A DNA stretch of 64,000 bases from Lingula anatina (taxonomy: Eukaryota > Animalia > Brachiopoda). The position numbers and the translations under genes were made by a program. Below are positions 53,401 through 64,000 of this stretch, one piece after another. The stretch spans positions 15,624,001 to 15,688,000 of the forward strand of contig CM120642.1 of assembly GCA_051362555.1 (NCBI GenBank), written 5' to 3'. Within the stretch, counting starts at the first letter, position 1; the number at the start of each line of letters is the position of its first letter. The notes beneath the pieces were generated by a model. It was not told where the DNA came from. It did no database searches and worked only from the letters and a program-made list of their open reading frames with translations.

Positions 53401-56400
53401 TCACGAATTCAGTAACGAGATTGAGGAGGAGTGTGCCTAAATTTAAACTCTGTCTGGAAAATAGGCCTTACTATTTTTATAATTTACGTACTGCGAAAGC
53501 CAGCTTAACTAGAATTTCAAGCTTTAATAACGTATTATCGTATGAAGCTTAAGCCTTTTTACAAAGTACAAACAATTTTATCATTCCTTGTATCCAAAAT
53601 AAATAGCATTTGAGACTTCATTTTTACAGGGAGAATATTCACCAAAATGGCGAAGAAGCAACCACTGGGTTGGCGTATGTAGGCGGCATGTGTAATCAGA
53701 GGTCGAAATGCGCGTACGTGGAGGACACTGGACTGGACATGGGACTGACCATTGCCCATGAGGCTGGACACAAGTAGGTCTCCATACTATACGTATAACG
53801 GCCACATGCCCGATAAAACCCTATTCTCACTAGCAGTATAATCTTCTGTGCCGCTCCAGTTTGTGTGTGGCTATTATGTAGGATAGTCACCTGAACGGAT
53901 CCCCCTGCACTGACACGGCCAGTCGACCAGATTTTTTTATTGTTCTCAAACAGAAGCGAAATTGTGAAAGACCCTCTCCCTCGTGTAGCGCTATTTCAAT
54001 GTTGCCAAGCAAGAAAGCATACCGCGCGGTGGGGAAAGGGAGTTTACTTTGATAAATGAATAAACACTTTATATACATGTTTTTAATTGTTCATTTCTGT
54101 TTTCACTTCATCTTCTAATTCTTCATCATATTCAATATGCTGTTTGTTTCAGTTTGGGGATGAATCATGACGGAGATGGCAACGCATGCGCAAATAGCAA
54201 TAATTTGATGTCGTCAGATGGCGGGAAAGGACCCTCATCTCTTCTATGGTCGTCCTGCAGTGCCCAGCAATTGAGATCGTTTTTGGCGTAAGCTTCAGAA
54301 AAACTAATTACTGTACCTAACTAAACCAATAAATAGATGTAAACATGAATAACTGAGTGGATTAGTAAAAAAATAACGAAGCACATATAATTTAAAGCTT
54401 TCTACATTGATATGTACGCTTTGTATAAAAACTTATCTGTGTGCTATGTTCAGGTATTTGTTTCTGTGTGCGTTTCGTTACATTCTTGCACTGTTGGGTG
54501 ACCTAGCTGTAGCAATTCTACTGCAATTTACAACGGTCTCGTTGGTGAAGCGTGCGTTTGTTGTGCAAAATTCAGATATTGAATAAAAGGGTTATCTACT
54601 GCAACTTGTCACATCTGTTGGGCAAGTCTGAGGTGACGATTCCACCGACTGTGACTGATTGTGCTAACCACCTGAATCGATCCACCAACTTAGTTATTCA
54701 CATGTTTATAACGGAATTAAAAGTGACCCAAAATAAATATTCAACAATACTAGACCGTCACATCACATATGCACCTCCTTCTCACGTTAGACTGTGCTGT
54801 CTACCGATGTTTAGCAACCTGGTTATCCAGAGGCTCTAATTCGCCTTAGTTATCACTGTAGTGGTCATACATGCTTGAACACAAGGTCCTAAACCACATT
54901 GTTCTTTCTTTACAGTTATATAGTGCGGTTTACTGCATCAATTTGCTGTGCTATTTCAGAACTTCCCAAGCCAACTGCCTGACGGACAGTCCTCCTAGCA
55001 CTCAGCTGAAGCTGATAGAAGACAAGCCTGGACTGGTGTACGATGGGGACGCCCAGTGTAAGTTACGGCACGGGGAGGGCTCTACTTTATGCGGTCTTGC
55101 TGTCACGAAGATGCTAACGGCCAATTATGGGGTGAGTTCCCACTGCTACTACATTATTTGCTACCATTACTGATTTTGGATAAGGTTGAAAGTGTCTGTA
55201 TTTTACAACGTGGTCAAATATGTTTTTCATTTTAACATTTTAAAACAAACAATACCTCGCATATTTTATTTTATTCCAAATAAAGGACGAATGTAGCCGC
55301 CTGGTTTGTACGGACCCCACGAGAGAGGGCTATTGCACAGCAGGTGGCGCTCCAAGAATGGATGGAACAGCATGTGACCAGAATCGAAAGGTACCATCAA
55401 TGGCTGCATTCACAACACCGGACTTACCAGTCCGCGGATCAAATATGACCGACCCACTTGAATGCTTATTACGTAATCCCCGCGGGAAATCTATTCGGTG
55501 TCTAATACGGGATTAGACCGCATGCTTTTAATTGGGTCGACATATTTGAACCGCGGACGAGTTAGTCTGCTGTTCTGAATGCGGCTCATTTTCATAATTT
55601 CTACATCGCTCACAATTCAAAAACATTAAAAAAAATAATAAAGATAAAACAAGTGGGGGAGGTTCTTGCATAAATCCCGATGCACATGTGTCTGATAGCC
55701 AAAGCCGTCAGTGGGAATTAACGCCCCTATGTCGCCTTGGCAACCGGTACTGCTAGCACCATAATAAGTACACTTGAACTAGCTTGGACGAGAATATATG
55801 CATGCATATTTATCTGTATTACAGTAGACTGGACCAAGACATACATGTAATTTGTAAATAGATAAAGATAGACATGGAAAGAAATTGGCTGAGTTCATGC
55901 ATGTGATTTGGTCAAGTCCGGGATGCATAGTTATTGAACCACAATGCTCGGGTAGGAGGCCTAGTGTTGAAACAGCATTACCGATCCGATCATTACCGGT
56001 TCTGGAATTTACACATCTCTAGTTAACTGATCAGACTACCAGTCTTAAGAAAAATGCTCCGGACACCTTCTGCTTACTGTCTTCGGGATTAAAATCTCTT
56101 CAGAGACCCTTAATTTATTTTGTGGCAGAGGTTGATTTAAAAGTTCCTTTTAGTTGGACAAATTATAACAGATCGAAAAAGCAGAGGCCAAACTGAACTA
56201 ATAAGCGCTCATTTAGAAAACGTGTAGATATTACACACTGAAATTCAGTAGAGTTCATAATGCCGTTGTATTCCGTTTTAATAACGTTTAAATATTTTAA
56301 TCCCTTTTTTCTGAATAGAAAAGGGTGAGCAAACAATGGAAACCACATCAATACCTTCAAAATTTAAACTTAATAACACAATAGCTAAGACGGAATAACG

Positions 56401-57345
56401 CAAAAGCTTCGACGAGTGAACCCCTTGACGCCGGTATATGTGGGTCGATCGGCTGTAATTAGGTGTCATTAACAGCAGGATAACTCAACCATAAGGTCAC
56501 CACTGATTGTTGCGGCGACATGATAAAAGCTAATTAGCAATCATATGATAAAATGGGATGACCGTCTCCCCTCGAGGAAGCTACCAGTAGATAAACCTGA
56601 GACCGAATTAATTACCTATTAACAACAGTTTTTCATTTGGATCCCTCATCCCACAAAATTAACTAGATGCATTTTATTAAGGCAAGATGACTAAGAAGTG
56701 ATATGTAACGTATCCTTCTTGTGCGTCAGGGGTGGCTTCAAGACAATTGTACTCAGGTTCCTAGCCTTGAATCTCGGAGGTTTGAAGAAGTGGATTTTAT
56801 AAGACTTTTTATTAATACACACAGATTTTATTAGAACAATAAGTATAATGACATTTGCTGTTGTTTAGTAGTTTTCAGTACCAATATTTACAAAGAAAAT
56901 TATCCAACTTTTAGAGCACTTGTTTAAGCTGCGAGGACAAGATCGCTTTAAATGTGTCAGGTCTGGGACCGAGTCCGTTACTAACCTAGCTAATCTAGCT
57001 TTTAAAATGTAAAATAAATAACTCGAATAACAGTAATACATTATTTTAATCATCCTCTCTGCCAAGTATCAATGTTTTTCATATTGCACTCTTTCAATCT
57101 CTCTCTCTCTCTCTCTCTGGTATTTTTACTTTCTCTCTGTAATATTTACAGTCTTTTGTGAACACAATCAGTGTTGAAAAAGGTGAACTTCCTTCTACCT
57201 CTAAAATTTGAAATTGTTGGCTGAGATAGCTTCCCATGATCATGGTTTAATAACACCCTCTGACCACAGCGTGGTCTGTTACAAAAATGTTGAAAAACAC
57301 AGTGTGATTTTGTACGTACATGTACCCATGTATTTTGGTGTGTGT

Positions 57346-57376
<31 letters not shown>

Positions 57377-60300
57377 GGCTGAAATCGGAGGGTAGTTAAA
57401 TAGTGCTAGGAAAGTCATTGGTGATTTAACAGTAGGAGGTGCAAGCGAGGAGCTATAAACCCTATATTCATATACATGTAGCTCAAAGCCCGCTAGGACA
57501 AGCGATTTCTTTGAAAGCAAAGCGACACCTCGTCCTGTCAACATTATTAAACTAACGATACTCAGATAAATACAACACAAACGTTATTGATTGATTTGGG
57601 AATGCTACGTGAAAGGTTAACAACACTTAGACGGTAAACACATTACACTATGAATATAACATGAACTTAGAAGAGAAAACAGCATGGACAAATAATTTTG
57701 TCTTAATAACTGTATAAAAAAACATGTCTACTCTGACTGGTGTTTGAAATCCCTCCCTAACGCAAATTAGATGGAATCTCCTCAGAGTCTTTCAAAGAAC
57801 TTATTATTTTAGAGTCAACTTTGATATCGACATGAACACATCTCTATTCGGAAAAGAAGCTTCATGTGCAGATGATAGTTTATGTGTATTCGAACAAGAC
57901 GTACAAGCTGGAGGACGGAAAGGTCTAGATGGGAGTGACCTCCATTATATTAATCATTAGTTACCCCAAAATTCTTAGAATCAACCATCAATTTTCCATA
58001 AATGACATTAGTGTTTTGAACCCTTTCCAACACGATAACAATGAATGGCTTATGCATCAGGACATCAGGAGTTTTTTTACGAAAGCGCACTCAAGCCGAA
58101 GGGGGGGGGGGCTTGTAAGCCATGAGCTCAAGTCAGCCTTGTAAAGTTTGTGCAATCGGTTGTAGTTTCAGAGCTAGTTTGAAGTTTCATCGCATTCAGT
58201 AGAAAAAAAGGTATATCTACACAAGAGCAATAAACGGCGCCATCAGTCTCGTGAGCACGTGTTCCACACCTACGTTGTCTTTCACAGTGCGTGACAGGCT
58301 TCTTCACAAGTATAGAAAAGTGAATATTTAGTTGTCTATTTGGAAGTCTCAGGTGCCACATGGTAAACCGCAAGAAAATTTAATAATTTTGTTATGTCAC
58401 GAAAAAACCAATTTGCAGCATAAGCATGATCATTTATTTATAAAATCACTTCAGCACTGATCTTTTTTTATCTTTTACCACTGGAAGTAAGAACCAGGAA
58501 GTAAGATTTTAAAACACCACTCGAAGTAAGAACTAGGAAGTAAGATTTTAAAACTAATATAAAAGAAGGTAAAGGATAACCTATAAGAGGTTTTATGTAT
58601 TTGATATTTTTATAAAACAGCGCTAGACCATCTCGTTAACCCCATTTGAAACTATGAGACCAATGTCTAAAGTTGCCTCTTTTGCTTCAAGGAGTTCGAT
58701 TTTTAGATTAACGTCTATTGAATTTAATAGCCACGTAAAATGATTTTTCTGGGTCCCTCTTGTTGTAGAAATAATTTTGTATTTGCTAAAGAGCATAAGA
58801 AAACAATGAAATACATCATTACTGTCTTCTTATATATACTCTAGCCTTTCTCCGGATGTGCAGAGATGTCTTTGAACCAGTTTCACAGACTGAGTGCAAG
58901 TATAACAACAGGCGTGCATGATATTTGTAGACGGTATAATGAATCCAATTACTACGCCTGAGCAATGGGTTCAAAAAAGACTACAACCAGCTTTAGCACG
59001 CTATTTCAACTTTGCTCGTTCTTTTGATTCCCCCGATGATTGAGGCTACGTCTGTTTCCTTTTCTAAATCAAATCTGTTCAGTTATATCATAAAAAGCAC
59101 TCTAGACATACTCCCATCCCGATGCTTGTTAAACTCCCTCTCGTTTTTGTAAATGGAAAGGTTGCAACATTTCTCCTACCCTGGGGCCTATAAGGTCTGC
59201 TAATATAGCTTATATAATGGCTACATATTGTGGAGAAACTCCTACAATCTACTTTCAAAATAACCGAGACCATTCAATACAAAATATGCGTCCAGACGTG
59301 GACAGTTCATGAACCACATTACCTCTACTTTGGTCTTCATGTAACGAGTCAGGCAAAACTGAGTCAACAACTCGTTTTTAGGTCTATAGAATGTGGATTT
59401 TCAAAACGGTGTTCCAAAATTTCCATCACCAAAAGATGCACAGTATCATAATATGCATGCCATATGTCTTTCATGTTTTCTTACATTAATACGGTTATTA
59501 TTATATCTCGAATTGAGTTCAGTTACCATGTTTGTTAAAATTCACTACCAAGCACGACCAAAGAATCTTCAACAAAAGCAATTTCTTGAATGTAAATTTA
59601 TCTCTGTGTTTCCAGTGGTGCATCATGGGTAAATGCGTGGACACAACAGGGCCGACTGTTGACGGTGGGTGGTCGGCATGGGATGCCCAGTGGTCGGCCT
59701 GCTCTAGGAGCTGCGGTGGTGGAGTGAGAATGAAAAGAAGATATTGCAATAACCCTAAGTAAATACATATTTACATTCGTACGAGGCAGATAGTTTACGA
59801 GGATTAGACTGGTTCTATGACGTTTTGAGGGTGTCATGTGGAGGGGGGGGGTGTCCAAACATAATGCAAAAACAGATTATGTGAGACCAAATATGATGAA
59901 ATCACTGCGTTTGTGAATCAAATTATACATGGACAAGCAAACACTGCGTATTATAATCGACTTATAATACATAAATATGAGAGACCAAATTCGAAGGCAC
60001 TTGTAACGCAGCGTATCACAGGCCACTTTTAGAGTGGGGAACTATGGGGCGCTACAAAATGTAGAAATTATTCATATGTACAATAACCAAGGAAGTTATC
60101 TTATATTAACAAAGCGTTGGAAGGCTAAATTCGTGTATCGGTTATACCCCCTTTACACTGGGCGGCGTCCTTTCTGCGTCCTTTCTGCGACCATGGAATT
60201 TGGCATCGCTGTGGTCTTAATAAGGAGGCACGAGCATTAATTTTGTATCAGAATGAATGCTCAATGATCAGCCAGTTGTCGGCACGTAAAATATTATAAT

Positions 60301-61195
60301 TTTTTAACTCTCAAATGGGGCCGTACTGCTGGACGCAGAAGGGACGCCATCCAGTGTAAAGGGGCCCTTAGGCATAGTTCATAAGTACTAATTACTGAAT
60401 GTTCATTTAACACTGAGAATGTTTGTTCAATTTGATTATATCGCCCTTGTCTAATCACTTTTACCTATTAAATTGTGGTCTATGTTGAACTTTTAACGTT
60501 TTCAAAGCAGAAAAATTCTTACGATCCGGTGGAAGCAGTGCCACAAAATTAATAATTTTGGGTTGAAATGGAAGCAAATCTTGACTTCTAGGGATTCGTA
60601 TATTTGAGTTTATGGGATTTTGACTAAAGCCACACATGGTGCTTAATTCTTTTTGAAAAAAAAAATGCACTGCTTTTGTCTTATGAGTTTCGTCATTTCT
60701 GATTGCAGACCTGGCCCTGGTGGGCAGAACTGTATAGGAGACAGCTTCGTGGCTGAAATGTGTAATCCACAGGTTGGTGACACTGACTGATGTGATATTT
60801 AGTTTTTGTGCCTTTTTATTATTTATTTTAGTTAAAGTTTTTTTATACTTTAATATGCTTGGAGTGCCTATACCAACAACTGCCGCATATGCTACATACG
60901 CGACAAGAGCACTTTTAGCGTTGATTTATTATTGGCGACTACAGCTGTTTGTTGGGTAGAATTACACGATCAAACTTCTCTTGAACAACCAAAACATCAG
61001 TTCTCATCAGTTTTGGTAGTTTAAAATAACTTTTTTTTTCCACAAAAATCACAGACAATATTAACAAAGCTTTCTTCCCTGCACAGGTGTGTGCCACATC
61101 CCAGTACTCGTTTAAAGCAGAACAGTGTGCCGCCACCAACTCACAGCCCTTCAATGGCGCATTACACACGTGGGAGCCGTACCAGAGACTGTCAG
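44419..61195 (+). CDS. ADAMTS-family secreted metalloprotease (partial; 3' end beyond window)
   Basis: 15 phase-consistent exons: 44419-44472 (signal [18 protein letters not shown]), 46234-46297, 46822-46986, 47966-48108, 48534-48687 (prodomain; HVVYKR, TC switch-like Cys), 51815-51963 (furin [12 protein letters not shown]), 53064-53147, 53237-53361 (FCNWQ), 53630-53773, 54153-54287 (HEAGHNLGMNHD zinc motif, Met-turn LMS), 54960-55131, 55286-55390 (disintegrin-like), 59616-59758, 60709-60772 (TSP1 WSAW...CSRSCGGG), 61087-61195 (Cys-rich start, F.AEQC). No further exon recognised before 64000. Confidence 0.92.
48215..48405. mobile_element. Diverged relative of the CCCCTTTACACTG MITE family (ADAMTS intron)
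   Basis: AAGCCCCCTTTACACTG ... GCAGAAAGAACGCCGTCCAGTGTAAAGGGGGTTT; internal tgagcattcattctg matches copies 1/2 in reverse orientation. Confidence 0.75.
55402..55586. mobile_element. MITE (Harbinger-like GGCTGCATTC termini) 11 bp downstream of an ADAMTS donor site
   Basis: GGCTGCATTCACAACA...GTCCGCGGATCAAATATGACCGACCCA pairs with TGGGTCGACATATTTGAACCGCGGAC...TGTTCTGAATGCGGC. Confidence 0.75.
57338..57378. repeat. (GT)n plus poly-G run
   Basis: Direct read. Confidence 0.9.
58477..58554. repeat. 39-bp tandem duplication
   Basis: accact(g/c)gaagtaagaac(c/t)aggaagtaagattttaaaac x2. Confidence 0.85.
60145..60368. mobile_element. ~224-bp MITE, family copy 2 (ADAMTS intron)
   Basis: Co-linear with 29215-29438, with only a handful of substitutions and the same TIRs. 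Confidence 0.9.
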
Positions 61196-61207
61196 GTAAG
61201 GTGTTGG

Positions 61208-61234
<27 letters not shown>
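61208..61234. repeat. (CA)n microsatellite
   Basis: Direct read, just after an ADAMTS donor. Confidence 0.9.
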
Positions 61235-61238
<4 letters not shown>

Positions 61239-64000
61239 GTTCTCGCATCATTCGCGCACGCACACACAAAAACACAGGTTAAACTAGGGAGAGCACTACA
61301 CATTTGGGTTCTGCTTTTATTGTTTGGATATTTTTACGAATAAAATTTCAAGTTATGAAAGGGGAGTCTGGCATCTCTTATGTCCCTTTCCCCTCTGACA
61401 TGACTTTGATACATCATACCCATACAGTGTCACAGTATCAGGAAATATGTTACACCCAATCAAGAATTAGCCGAGTTTTACATATAAACAGATATACGAC
61501 TTTTCAGGTACTTCTTTGTCACTTACAGCGCCATTTCGATAATGTTTATGGACAGCATCATCTGTGACTTTCCCGCGGGGCCTAATCATCTCGCAAAGAA
61601 ACCAAATATCCTCAACCCCATGGAATGTCGATTTCCCTGAGCGTAATTAGAAAGAAAATTCTGGAAAAACTATTTATTTCTAATAAACACATGCCCTTAC
61701 ATCTATTCAGCATACAACGGTTTTGCATTTCTTTAAGAAAGGTATATTATTGTGTCACGAAATCAGCCTTTTGGCTGGAATGCCAACCACTGTTGGAACT
61801 AGTTTCCTTTTGAATAGCTACGTCTGTTGTCACCAGACACGTGAAAAGAAACGTTCAAATTGCATTGGATGTCATTTCAATAATGTAAAAGGTTGAGAAA
61901 GGAACTCGTAAAGCACCTGTATTTGTGAAATGTATCAATTACCGTTTTGAGCACGTATTTTCCTTTTAACGAACAAGATCATGGGAAACCTATGGTTGGT
62001 GAGAACATGTGCTCAAATAATGCCTTCCAATTTCAATTACCACAAATAAGCTTTGCCCCACCGTTTGCTATGTACAAAGAAGGTTAAAATTGACATTTTG
62101 GAAGAGTATTAGTTTACCCCCTACTTTGTGCAAGAAAGCGGATTATAGGAAGTCTGAACTTCCGGGGAACGGATTTTGAGATAATTCCTTTATTACATTT
62201 TGCATCAACGTAATATGTTTTAGTGATCAACAACACTGATGAGTTGCCTGTGCCAGTTTTTGAATTTTTTGCTTCAAAAGAACGTTCTTTCAATCCCTGA
62301 ACGCCATAAGCATCCTTACGTAATCTCGATTTTTATACAACCAGTGCAGTCTATATGCTGTACTGGTAAACATCTGTTCGACCTTTTCCATTACATCTCA
62401 CGTAAACACGGAGTCGGGGGTTAAAGATATATTCTATCAGATGAATCGCTTTATCTTGATTAAAAAATTTGAATTGGAATCGAGCCATTGATCGAATTGA
62501 GTGTTGCCAGCTAGGCCTAATGGATTTCGAAAAAAAAGAAAAGAAATAAAGTTGACATTTGCAGCGCCTATAATCATGTCTGTGTAGTAAGCGTATATCT
62601 GTGGATTTTAACACTGATACCTCGGTTGACATATCCTGAAACAAAATCTAAATGTCATTTAATAATCTTAATCTGCGCATGCTAGGCGGATGAACGAAAG
62701 CTATGCCAATTGCGCACTTCCTATGTCCGTTGAAAATGATATCGTGTTGTGAATGTGACGCCAATTAAAAAAAAAAACACGTGTATCTTTTTCACTTAAT
62801 CGGGTTAGAATGTACATGTAAACAAAAAGCCGAAGTTAAAGATCGTTTTGAGAATATTTATTTTATATTTGTATTATGTAAAAAACAAACAGCCTGAGCG
62901 CTCAATATTTGATACATGGAGACTTCCATGGATGGACTTTTAATCTATCACGGTCATAAGCACAGGTGACAAACAGGTTAAATCATTTCGGAGACGCTGT
63001 CAGCTTGTATCAACCAACATGGATGGAAACATCCATTACTTACATCAAAGTTTTGATTGATTGCCTGTTACATCATTTTTAAAAGGGCTTTAGCGGCTTT
63101 ATGTATTCCAATAAATGAAATGAAAGAATATCACATTAGGTATTTGTGTGGTGGCATTCAAAATTTACAACATAAGAATAATGGATAAATTGTACCCGTA
63201 ACACCATTACTGTTTTTGTGGCACCATCTTAATGACCTCCTGAATTGTTTTGAGCGCAACAACCCTTAAAACCAACCTGCATATAGAAGTTTTGAAACAC
63301 AAAAGCCAAAAACACATACATGTATATGAGCATAAAATAAACGCTCACCTCTTTTTATTTAACGGAATAAAGAATTCAGGAACGGTGTATTACATATCAA
63401 ATGCAAAAAGCCAAAGACCATGTTTGCTTGATTAAAATTAATTCAGTAAACACAAATTAATTGATTTTACCAATATGGCATTAATCAAATGCTATTTGCT
63501 TAAGATGTTGTGACACCAGACTTATGTTTAGAACTTCATATTTATGTTGATATATCTATTTTCAATATTTCATACATTGGCCCTAGACCGTAATCATATT
63601 CTGTTCCGAACATTGTAACATACATTTTGATCGCGTAGTTGCTCAAATATCCTACAGTATGTGTAGATTTAAACAATGGAAGCAATGTAGTGGTATGATA
63701 ATGGTACAAATGGACGCATTGACTGACACGATATTAATTTGTTTTGATACAATGCTTTCTTTTAATGTCCACTTGCGAGCCAGCATGTAGAATTTAGCAG
63801 AATAGACAACATTGACGTTGTGATCTTCTTTAAACAAATTTTCATTACTTAATTAAACTGAAGATGATACGTTCGCCACGATCTAAAGCTACACAGCCCT
63901 TTAATTAAAAAAAAACCCAATTTAGTCTTTGCCTTGGTAAGTAACAAAATTGCCTTTGGTTAAAGTTGTCTCACAATTTACATGGCATCTTTTCACCTGT

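Noticed and set aside
56704-56982. Possible solo LTR (TGTAACG...CGTTAC)
   Set aside because: The right end is not CA, with no clear TSD and no second copy in the window; too weak to call.

Overview
AT-rich animal genomic DNA with spliceosomal GT-AG introns, microsatellites and MITEs. It is most consistent with a lophotrochozoan, probably a bivalve mollusc; the taxon is inferred from the NKY-type neuropeptide and repeat style. I assembled five spliced genes by hand with consistent exon phases: (1) 730-11363(+), an 18-exon ~1412-aa largely low-complexity protein ending in a gamma-glutamylcyclotransferase (GGCT/AIG2-like) fold that appears to lack the catalytic Glu; (2) an ANKRD45-like ankyrin gene on the minus strand (18018 to ~13045) with several candidate 3' micro/terminal exons; (3) KLHL20/diablo (19144-23609,+), head-to-head with ANKRD45 as in human; (4) a two-exon NKY-like neuropeptide precursor (32681-37668,+) ending in FRW-amide instead of FRY-amide; (5) an ADAMTS metalloprotease (44419 to beyond the window,+) with an intact zinc motif. 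Several non-autonomous DNA transposons are present, including one nested insertion and one inserted in a minisatellite. No rRNA, tRNA, CRISPR or prokaryotic system is supported.
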